From: a virus
Lineage: Duplodnaviria; Caudoviricetes
Virus record (IMG/VR): IMGVR_UViG_3300031998_000057
Coordinates: 8,532 to 72,531 of that record
Strand: one strand, 5' to 3'
DNA: 64,000 bases
Shown: positions 56,799 to 64,000 of the stretch, piece by piece
How positions within the stretch are numbered: the first letter of the stretch is position 1
How the letters are laid out: the number at the start of each line of letters is the position of its first letter
Translations under genes and position numbers: made by a program
Notes under the pieces: model-generated
Told to the model about the DNA's origin: nothing
Seen by the model: the letters and a program-made list of their open reading frames with translations, nothing else
Database searches by the model: none

Positions 56799-57315
56799 CT
56801 TCTCCGCTCCCGATCAGATATACGTCGTACTGCCCCGTGATCGCGTAGCACTCCGCATGATCCGCGCAGAGCACGTCGATATGCTGCCCGGTCATGCCGC
56901 CTCTGTCTTCTACCACGCGCTCGCCCAGGCCCTCGATCCAGAGCCGGGTGCCAAACGGCAGCCCGTTCGCGGCGCACGTCCGTCCTACCGTCGCCTCCGC
57001 GCCGGAGGCCGTGATGCCGTCCGTCTTTCCGCAGCACTCCGCGCAGATATCGTAGCCCGAAACACGGTAGCGCCCCAGGTACGTCCATCCGTCCGCTGCA
57101 TCCTTCGGCGGCTCCGGCAGCCTCGGCGTCGGCGCTGTCGCTACGCGCTCGATGGTAGGCAGCCGCCCTGCGTCCGCGTCCTCCAAACGCACGTCGCTCA
57201 GAGGCTCCATTGCCGGGTACGCCCGTGTCACTGCGGTGCAGACGAGTGCGCCGAGTATCACCACCAGGATCATGGCCGCCAGATCCTCAAGAGCGTGAAG
57301 TAATCGGTCACTCAT
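56788..57315 (-). CDS. 3D-domain protein with N-terminal membrane anchor
   Basis: GITASG..GRTCAA..LPFGTRLWIEGLGERVVEDRGG..IDV. Confidence 0.85.
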   Translation of the reverse strand: MSDRLLHALEDLAAMILVVILGALVCTAVTRAYPAMEPLSDVRLEDADAGRLPTIERVATAPTPRLPEPPKDAADGWTYLGRYRVSGYDICAECCGKTDGITASGAEATVGRTCAANGLPFGTRLWIEGLGERVVEDRGGMTGQHIDVLCADHAECYAITGQYDVYLIGSGEDEA

Positions 57316-58145
57316 TCCTGTGCCTCCACGAACTCGCCGTCTTTGAGCGTGTACCAGGTGTCGGCCTTAATCGTCTCGCCGTCAACGATGGCGGCCTTAA
57401 ATTCCTTAATGGCGCCGTCGCGGTTTCTGACGTAATGCACGACGAGGCTTCCCAACCCAGCCTTAAATTTGCTCTTATTACCGGCGAGCATAATAGCATT
57501 TTTCCCACCGACCTGCTTGGTCCAGTCGCCACCGACCTGCTTGGCCCCGTTGCCACCGACCTGATTGGCCCCGTTGCCACCGACCTGCTTGGCCCCGTTG
57601 CCACCGACCTGATTGGCCCCGTCGCCACCGACCTGCTTGGTCCAGTCGCCACCGACCTGCTTGGTCCAGTCGCCACCGACCTGATTGGCCCCGTTGCCAC
57701 CGACCTGATTGGCCCTGTATCCACCGACCTGATTGGCCCTGTATCCACCGACCTGATTGGCCCCGTCGCCACCGACCTGATTGGCCCAGTCGCCACCGAC
57801 CTGCTTGGCCCCGTTGCCACCGTTGGATCTTTCAATATCGCACTGCTCCTTGACCCATTCCACATGGGCCTTCACAAGCCCTGGAATCCCGATTTCCGCG
57901 CCGATGGTGATCTTCTTCCCAACGCGCTTGCTGTCGCCGGATCTCTCCTCGCTCACGTCCTCCAGCTCTGCCTCGCAGTAGCGCCCCTCTGTCGGTGGAT
58001 AGTATGTGAATACGTCCAGCGGAGCCTCGCAGGCGTGGAAGCCCGTCTCGCACAACTCCGCTTTGTCTGTCTCATAGGTCTTTCCGACCTCATACTGGAA
58101 CCCTCGGCATTTCAGATCTTTGTCAAACCCCTTGTATGCTTTCAT
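57312..58145 (-). CDS. phage protein with conserved N/C domains and 13 octapeptide repeats
   Basis: MKAYKGFDKDLKCRGFQYEVGKTY..GFHACE..; C-terminal IVDGETIKADTWYTLKDGEFVE. Confidence 0.88.
   Translation of the reverse strand: MKAYKGFDKDLKCRGFQYEVGKTYETDKAELCETGFHACEAPLDVFTYYPPTEGRYCEAELEDVSEERSGDSKRVGKKITIGAEIGIPGLVKAHVEWVKEQCDIERSNGGNGAKQVGGDWANQVGGDGANQVGGYRANQVGGYRANQVGGNGANQVGGDWTKQVGGDWTKQVGGDGANQVGGNGAKQVGGNGANQVGGNGAKQVGGDWTKQVGGKNAIMLAGNKSKFKAGLGSLVVHYVRNRDGAIKEFKAAIVDGETIKADTWYTLKDGEFVEAQE
57505..57822 (-). repeat. 24-bp tandem coding repeat (xxxxQVGG x13)
   Basis: CCACCGACCTG(A/C)TTGG.. units in frame within the ORF. Confidence 0.95.
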
Positions 58146-58768
58146 TGTTCCTCCTTTAACTTGTCTTTTTGGGAACCGTGCCGGATAAAGTTTTCATATT
58201 CATAAGCAAAAGTTCCGTAGCTCATACCATGCTGTTTCATAAAGTTTTTGCGCCCTTTGGCAAGTCCTTCGGCGCTCTCGCAGTAGCACTTTTCGCACAG
58301 CTCGATCTCCTTGTCCACACACGAAAGCCACCCGTGCATTCGCGGAGCGCCGCAGCGCATACACAGGCCGAGTTCCCGCCATTCGGAGCGCGGGATCACG
58401 CCATGCTCCCGCCGGAGCCGTTCGCGTTTCCGACGGTTCGCCGCTCGGCAGCCCTCACAGGTTGCAAAAGAATAAGTCGGAGAAAGCGGTCTGCCGCATT
58501 CGGTACAAAGATGGTTTTCACGGCGGTAGCTCCGAAGCGCTTTCCGATTGCCGAGGATGCCGTCGGCGTTTCGCTTGTAATAGTCGCTGTTGTACTCGTT
58601 CGCTTTCTCGGCGCACTCGGCACAGCGCCAGCGCCCGTTCATCGTAAAGGCGTCCTTCGCCCCGCACTCCGTACAGCGTTCCATGCCTCGGAAGAAAGCC
58701 CTGTTTTCGCGCCGATATAAGGTGTTCTCCGCCTGCCTGGATGCTTTCGCCTCTGCCGCGCCGTTCAT
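58142..58768 (-). CDS. multi-CxxC zinc-binding protein
   Basis: Six CxxC pairs. Confidence 0.7.
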   Translation of the reverse strand: MNGAAEAKASRQAENTLYRRENRAFFRGMERCTECGAKDAFTMNGRWRCAECAEKANEYNSDYYKRNADGILGNRKALRSYRRENHLCTECGRPLSPTYSFATCEGCRAANRRKRERLRREHGVIPRSEWRELGLCMRCGAPRMHGWLSCVDKEIELCEKCYCESAEGLAKGRKNFMKQHGMSYGTFAYEYENFIRHGSQKDKLKEEQ

Positions 58769-58977
58769 TCCTTTTCACCGCTTTCCCCGATGAAAGCAAG
58801 AAACGGCTTGCGGGGGATCAGCACCCTCGACCCAAGCACGGTCACGGGGAAACCCAACAGCTCCTGCCGTTCCCGTGCCGCACAGCGGATGAAATGCGGG
58901 TTGCAGCCGAGGACGGGAGCCACGTCGGATGCCAACAGAAAAACCGCGTCCGATGCTTTGATTTCTTCAAGCGTCAT
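58765..58977 (-). CDS. excisionase-like HTH protein
   Basis: DVAPVLGCNP..FPVTVLGSRVLIPRKPFL. Confidence 0.65.
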   Translation of the reverse strand: MTLEEIKASDAVFLLASDVAPVLGCNPHFIRCAARERQELLGFPVTVLGSRVLIPRKPFLAFIGESGEKE

Positions 58978-59180
58978 TGACCCGCCACCTTCCCGTTGTC
59001 CTCCGCAAGCAGTTCTTCGGGGGTGCAGCCATACAGCTCACAGAGCTTGCGTCTATGCTTTGCCACAGGCTTCGTCCGTCCACTCTCCCAACCACTCACG
59101 GCGCTCTGATCTACGTCGAGCTTCTTGGCGACCTCGCTCTGCGTCATATCAAGAGCCATTCTTCTTTCGATAAGTGTCAC
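58974..59180 (-). CDS. Cro-like XRE regulator
   Basis: MTQSEVAKKLDVDQSAVSGWESGRTKP; GTG start after AAGGAG. Confidence 0.85.
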   Translation of the reverse strand: MTLIERRMALDMTQSEVAKKLDVDQSAVSGWESGRTKPVAKHRRKLCELYGCTPEELLAEDNGKVAGQ

Positions 59181-59235
59181 ATTCTCAACTCCTTTCGCGG
59201 CGAATACTCCATAATGATTTGTCAAGGACAAATCA

Positions 59236-59319
59236 TTCGTTTTGAGCGTAGCACAAAACGAGAATTTCACCTTTATATGAGTTTTCATTCTTGACACCTC
59301 ACAAGAGCGGTGTTACAAT
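59236..59319 (+). promoter_or_regulatory. genetic-switch region: operator-like palindrome and sigmaA promoter
   Basis: TCGTTTTG-N9-CAAAACGA palindrome; TTGACA(59291)-N17-TACAAT(59314). Confidence 0.7.
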
Positions 59320-59509
59320 GAGTTTGCCACAACACATTTTGAAAAACCGCTCTTGGAGGGGTCGGCTTTTTGTTGCCAAAATCAGCCTGCGTCTATATTA
59401 AAGCACATGAATTTGCGATTTGCAATAGTAAAAATCATATTTGTGTGTTTTTGTATATTTGCACAAAAAAACACCCTGCCATTTGGCAGGGTTTGTGAGG
59501 TGAAAATAA

Positions 59510-59728
59510 TTGTTCGGATGGAATAATGACGTAACGACGGCGGCTGACAGGGCAGAAGCTCAGTCAAAGGCTCAGATTGAGCGGCTGGAAAAACTGTTGT
59601 TAGAAGTGCAAAAGCAAAGCCAAGATACACAAAAAGGTGCTAAAACAAGCTTACTGATAGCAGTTTTCACTCTTGCTGTCGCGCTTTTAACGCTTATCGC
59701 AACGGTTTTGACGCTTTTTCTTAAATAA
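59510..59728 (+). CDS. small protein with C-terminal TM helix
   Basis: 72 aa; hydrophobic LLIAVFTLAVALLTLIATVLTLFL. Confidence 0.6.
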   Translation: MFGWNNDVTTAADRAEAQSKAQIERLEKLLLEVQKQSQDTQKGAKTSLLIAVFTLAVALLTLIATVLTLFLK

Positions 59729-59836
59729 GGCTTTTCGATAATTTAAAAAAGCCCAAAGGAAATTGCATAGGGCAAAGCCGAAGCTGATGCAAGCGATCCC
59801 AAGCACAACTATATGGATGATTTTGACTTCAATCAT
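59687..59836 (-). CDS. small membrane peptide (49 aa)
   Basis: Translated by hand: MIEVKIIHIVVLGIACISFGFALCNFLWAFLNYRKALFKKKRQNRCDKR; RBS GAGGGG. Confidence 0.45.
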   Translation of the reverse strand: MIEVKIIHIVVLGIACISFGFALCNFLWAFLNYRKALFKKKRQNRCDKR

Positions 59837-59928
59837 CTTCTGTCCCCCTCTTTTGTGGTGCAATTATGTGTTTATAAAAGATTAGCACACAATCACACGA
59901 ATTTCAAGGCATAAGGGAGGACTATACT

Positions 59929-60627
59929 ATGGATATTTTGTTGGAGCGTATCTTATCACTGATCCCACGCAAACCTAACGGTGATTATGTTCACGGGGCA
60001 AAAAAGGATTTTGCTCAAAAGATCGGGCTGAAAAGCGGTAATGTCGTTTCGGATTGGATCGCTGGGCGCAACCGCAGCTATGAAGATTATGATTATAAGA
60101 TTGCAAGCGTGTTTAATGTTGCGTTGGAATGGCTTCACGGTGAGACCGATGATCCGACGCCGCCTCCAACCGTGGGCCGCAACTATTTTATTACCCCTGA
60201 GATAGCCGACGATACCGTGCAGATGCCTGTCATCGGAGGCGTTGCCGCAGGATATGAGCGCATAGCCTACGAGGATTGGACGGGGGACAGCATCGAGATC
60301 CCGCGCTCGTATCTTCGCGGACATGAACCGCAGGAATATTTCGTCCTCCGCGTAAAAGGCAACAGTATGTACCCGGATTATCAGGAGGGCGATCACGTTC
60401 TCGTATTCCGGCAGGACACGATGGATCGTAGCGGTCAGGTCGGCGTTGTGATCTACGGGGACGAATGCGGCACGTTGAAGCGTGTAGAATACGTCCAAGG
60501 TGAGGATTGGATGACCCTCCGCCCGATAAACCCAAATTTCCCACCCGTCACGATCCGCGGGGAAGAGCTGGAGCATTGCAAGGTTTTAGGCATAGCCAAA
60601 ATGGTTATCCGCGAACTCGACCAATAA
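59929..60627 (+). CDS. CI/LexA-like repressor (HTH + S24 peptidase)
   Basis: N-terminal HTH; VAAG cleavage site, VKGNSMYP, TLKR. Confidence 0.92.
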   Translation: MDILLERILSLIPRKPNGDYVHGAKKDFAQKIGLKSGNVVSDWIAGRNRSYEDYDYKIASVFNVALEWLHGETDDPTPPPTVGRNYFITPEIADDTVQMPVIGGVAAGYERIAYEDWTGDSIEIPRSYLRGHEPQEYFVLRVKGNSMYPDYQEGDHVLVFRQDTMDRSGQVGVVIYGDECGTLKRVEYVQGEDWMTLRPINPNFPPVTIRGEELEHCKVLGIAKMVIRELDQ

Positions 60628-60662
60628 AAAAAGCCGCCACGAATGGCGGCGGAAAGGACGAT

Positions 60663-61811
60663 ATGATCTGCGTCAAATGCAACAAGGAAGCGCCGGACGC
60701 GCCCTATTGCGCCCTCTGCGGGTGGAAGCAAAGCGCAAAGCCCGTTACCCGTACAAAGCGTGGAAACGGGCAGGGAAGCGTCTACAAGCTCCCAAGTGGG
60801 AAGTACAAGGCCGTTGTGATAAAGGGCTACTATTTCGATGAGGATGGCAAGCAGCACAAGCTGACGGCCTCCCGCGTCTGCGAGAAGAAGAAGGACGCCG
60901 TGGCCGCCATTGCCGAGCTTCAGCAGACTACAACCAGGAAGCGCGAGACCATCACGTTCAAGGCGCTGTATGACCGTTGGCTCCCCACGCATCGGGCAGG
61001 CAAGGGGACGCTTAACTGCTACAAGGCGGCATTCAAGGGCTTTCGCCCATTGTGGGGTCTGAAGATGGAGGATATCGATATAGATGATCTTCAAGAATGC
61101 GTGGACGAATGCGGCAAGGGCAAGCGCACAAGGCAGAATATGAAAGCTGTCTGCGGTTTGGTCTATAAGTACGGCATCCCGCGAAAGGTGGTTCCCGAAA
61201 ACCTCAATCTCGCTCAGTTCCTTATCGTAGAGGGTGACGCCGCCGCCGCCCGTGAGTCCTTCACGCCCGCGCAGATCGATCAGATACGAGAAGCCATCGG
61301 TACGGTGGACTACGCCGATTATATCTACTGCATGATCTACCTCGGCTTTCGCCCGACGGAGTTCTGCGAGCTGGACGTGACGGATTATGATGCGGAGCGT
61401 GGCTGCATCATCGGCGGGAGCAAGACGGAGGCAGGCACAAACCGTACCGTGACGATATCGCCGAAGATAGCCACGATCATCAGAGACTTGGCGGAAAACA
61501 AAAAAAGCGGCCCCCTGTTTCCCAACAAAGAAACAGGGAACCGCCTCAATAATCACTCGTTGAATAAAGCCATGTGCGCCGCCTTGGAAGAGATAGGCAT
61601 AGAAAATCCCGTTGTCACAATCGGAGGCGGCGTTCAGCGCCGCAAATTCACACCACATAGCTGCCGCCACACCTTCGCCACGCTGATGAAGCGCGTCGAG
61701 GCTCCGTCCAAGGACAAGCAGGAGCTGATAGGCCACGCCTCGGAGCAGATGCTCGCCTACTATCAGGACGTAGACCTTACAGACCTCAAAAAGATCACAA
61801 ACGCCATCTAA
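60663..61811 (+). CDS. int: tyrosine integrase with N-terminal zinc ribbon
   Basis: CVKC..CALC; RGNGQGSVYK arm-binding domain; GFRPTE, GSKT, HSCRH, IGH, YY. Confidence 0.95.
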   Translation: MICVKCNKEAPDAPYCALCGWKQSAKPVTRTKRGNGQGSVYKLPSGKYKAVVIKGYYFDEDGKQHKLTASRVCEKKKDAVAAIAELQQTTTRKRETITFKALYDRWLPTHRAGKGTLNCYKAAFKGFRPLWGLKMEDIDIDDLQECVDECGKGKRTRQNMKAVCGLVYKYGIPRKVVPENLNLAQFLIVEGDAAAARESFTPAQIDQIREAIGTVDYADYIYCMIYLGFRPTEFCELDVTDYDAERGCIIGGSKTEAGTNRTVTISPKIATIIRDLAENKKSGPLFPNKETGNRLNNHSLNKAMCAALEEIGIENPVVTIGGGVQRRKFTPHSCRHTFATLMKRVEAPSKDKQELIGHASEQMLAYYQDVDLTDLKKITNAI

Positions 61812-61899
61812 AAATATTTTCAGTCTCCGGGTTCGCGTTCCGAAAATCTATTGAAAAATTCTTGAGCGGCGCTTACGTCACCCAAAAACCAAAAATCAC

Positions 61900-62162
61900 G
61901 TTGCTACTCCGTTGCCACTCGATCACAATTCCAATCATCGAAAAGGCAAAGAAAAAACCTTGAAACCCGCACAGTTTCAAGGTTTTTTCTTGGTGGAGAT
62001 AAGCGGGATCGAACCGCTGACCTCTTGAATGCCATTCTTTTCAAGATTGCCTTTCTATGTGCGTGAAACGCTAAAAATGCGCTAAATTAGGGCATTTTCG
62101 TCAGATTAAAGTATTCTGAAATATCTAAAAAAACCGCCGCGTTGCTACTCCTGTTGCTACTC
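61900..62162. mobile_element. attP: core plus arm-type sites
   Basis: Core 61991-62036 is the reverse complement of the tRNA-Ala(GGC) 3' half (AATGGCATTCAAGAGGTCAGCGGTTCGATCCCGCTTATCTCCACCA); GTTGC(T/C)ACTC at 61900, 61911, 62141, 62153. Confidence 0.88.
61949..61991. terminator. bidirectional terminator next to the att core
   Basis: AAGAAAAAACCTTGAAAC-N7-GTTTCAAGGTTTTTTCTT. Confidence 0.85.
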
Positions 62163-62227
62163 GTAATTTCCATTTTCGGCTATTGAAAAAAATGTTGACA
62201 AGCCCCTTATGTTATTGTATCGTGAAT

Positions 62228-62870
62228 GCGGTCGAAAGGCTGCTGTATGTAGCAGTACAGCAAAAACAGCAACGGCACGACGGTTGCGGCTATAAAGTCT
62301 ACTACGCTTGCTACAGCGTTTTAGAAGGGCTGAATAAGTCCTACGCCGATCTCCTGTTCGTGCCAGGGATCGGCGTTTAATTTTACTCTGATTTCCCATA
62401 AAGCAAGTCGAGCGAGAACGAAAGTCATGTTGAAGCGGACTTGTGCTGGGGGCAAGGCGTGAGGAGTGCCTTGCTCTGATGCACATATCGTTGCAGATGT
62501 GGCTACCGTGTCTCGCTTTTTTGTTCCTCAACGGTCAGGTGGGGTAGAGCCGCTGCATAGAGTCTACTCGTGGGGCAAGGTCAAGCTCCCCGTCAAACCG
62601 CTAAAGCTGACGCGGAATAAAAGTGATGTTAGGTGGATTCGTTGCAGAGCAATCTGCGGACGTTTGCCGATACGGTTCCTTGTGGGAACGAAGCAGGATG
62701 AATAAGCCGTATTGGACATTGAGCGACGGGCGGCTCCGAAGAGCCAATCAGAGCAAAATGGTCGCCCCTCACCAAAGGGACGACCATCTCGCTCTGGGAC
62801 CCACCAAAAAGCCAACAAGCGCTTAAACAGAGCGAAAAAAGTGAGGAAAAGGCTTGCACCTCTTCCTCAC
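62228..62870 (+). ncRNA. candidate large structured non-coding RNA (about 640 nt)
   Basis: TTGACA(62195)-N17-TATCGT(62218); no credible ORF; dense hairpins with GNRA loops; ends at a hairpin at 62841-62870. Confidence 0.6.
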
Positions 62871-62872
62871 CG

Positions 62873-63229
62873 TTATTTCCATCCGTCCTTCGCCAATATA
62901 AACAGCGCCCTGCGGATCGTATCGCCGTCGCCCAGCTTCATTTCCTCGTGTACACGTTCATGGCACGTCCGGCAAAGCGTTATCAGGTCACGCATCTGCT
63001 CGTTTCCTAAATGCCGATATGTTATGTGGTGTACGGTGAGATAGTCCGTCGCTCCGCACAGGCGGCAGTGAAAGTTGTCAAATTCCAAGCGCTGATATCG
63101 CTTCTCCTTCCATTCGGGTGAGACGATATACTTGCTGTACTTCGGGAAATGCTGCTTTGATTGCCGGTTATAATTCGCCTTGTACTTGTTTCTGCCTCGC
63201 GGCTTGCTTCGCTTCTTCTGCTTCGCCAT
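62873..63229 (-). CDS. HNH endonuclease
   Basis: CRLCG..VHHITY..LITLCRTCHERVH. Confidence 0.9.
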   Translation of the reverse strand: MAKQKKRSKPRGRNKYKANYNRQSKQHFPKYSKYIVSPEWKEKRYQRLEFDNFHCRLCGATDYLTVHHITYRHLGNEQMRDLITLCRTCHERVHEEMKLGDGDTIRRALFILAKDGWK

Positions 63230-64000
63230 AAGCGGTCATCACCACGCTTCCGTGTTTATACTGGCGGCAAGCGGCGGCAGAGCAGCGCCACGGTTGAAGG
63301 CCGTGAACCGTGAGCTGTCTGACGGCTGCCCTTTCACCGCCGCAAGCCATAAAGTCCGCGCCGACGCCCACTATGAAAAACGTCGGCGTTTCAATTGTGA
63401 AATGCGGAGATATACCATTCAAAGCACTCCTCCGCGCTGTTGAAGTCTGCTACACGGGGGTTTGTATCGTAGGTTTTGGCTCCTCGTCCGACGGATTGCT
63501 CCTGCAACGTCACAGCCAATAATTCATAAACGTCTCTCCCGCGATCTTTTTGGTGTGAGCCTGTGCGGGGCTGGCTCCGATCTGTCGCTTCTGAGACTCC
63601 AAATCCATAGGTCGAAGATTTGTACTCCTGTCCACTCGTCGAATCGCGGCCCTCGAATTTCCGTGCGGGGGGCTACTTGTTGATTGGATTCGGTTCCGTT
63701 CGTTCTCCGCTCCCTCTGAGCATCCACATCCACCAGCCGAGCATCTGTTCCCCGATTGTGTGTGTGTGTAGAAGCCGCGTCGGTCAGCAGTTGCTTATCC
63801 AATACTCCAAGTTCTGCTCCCCCGTCATCGTCAGCCACCATTGCACCGGCAGACCGTGCTTGTTCATTGTTCGATCCACCACAAGAGGGCTTCCGTCCCG
63901 CCCCCCCGAGCCAAGCTTGCCGCCGCTTCGGGTCTCTCTCTCTCTCTGTCTCTCTCTCTACGTGTATAATCTGTGAAGTCATCGCGTGTGTCGGGTCTCC

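Noticed and set aside
57505-57822. CRISPR array
   Set aside because: Units are contiguous 24-bp in-frame coding repeats with no unique spacers; no cas genes seen.
61991-62036. Complete tRNA-Ala gene
   Set aside because: Only the 3' half is present; D-arm and 5' acceptor strand are missing, so it is the att core.
63524-63982. 152-aa minus-strand CDS
   Set aside because: Low-complexity translation of microsatellites, poorly spaced RBS, no motifs.

Overview
The window appears to be almost entirely one temperate siphovirus-like phage of a GC-rich Firmicute (probably a Clostridia/Oscillospiraceae-type host; inference). I recognised no host genes. The attP beside the integrase looks intact: a 46-bp core matching the 3' half of tRNA-Ala(GGC), with arm-type repeats on both sides, which suggests the excised form. 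Layout: (1) 1-1.8 kb, minus strand: small genes, a frameshifted Dam-family methylase and tRNA-Leu(CAA); (2) 1.8-2.7 kb: non-coding, with a GC-skew switch; (3) 2.7-3.5 kb: an ECF-sigma-like gene with a canonical sigmaA promoter; (4) 3.7-17.7 kb, plus strand: about 30 small genes, many with their own promoter and terminator. Ten of these units carry the motif GGTAGCC-N16(17)-GTTTGGT. The block includes anti-restriction-like genes, a second Rep and a second tyrosine recombinase; (5) 17.8-48.5 kb, minus strand: tail, lysis, head and packaging genes, with a GIY-YIG endonuclease between terS and terL; (6) 48.6-59.2 kb: replication/recombination genes; (7) 59.2-62.2 kb: cro/cI/integrase/attP; (8) 62.2-62.9 kb: a promoter-driven, hairpin-dense stretch of about 640 nt with no credible ORF (candidate large ncRNA), then an HNH gene. 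The best candidates for a new system are the phage sigma factor with its dedicated promoter array, and the large structured RNA. All protein assignments come from motif recognition by eye; no searches were run.
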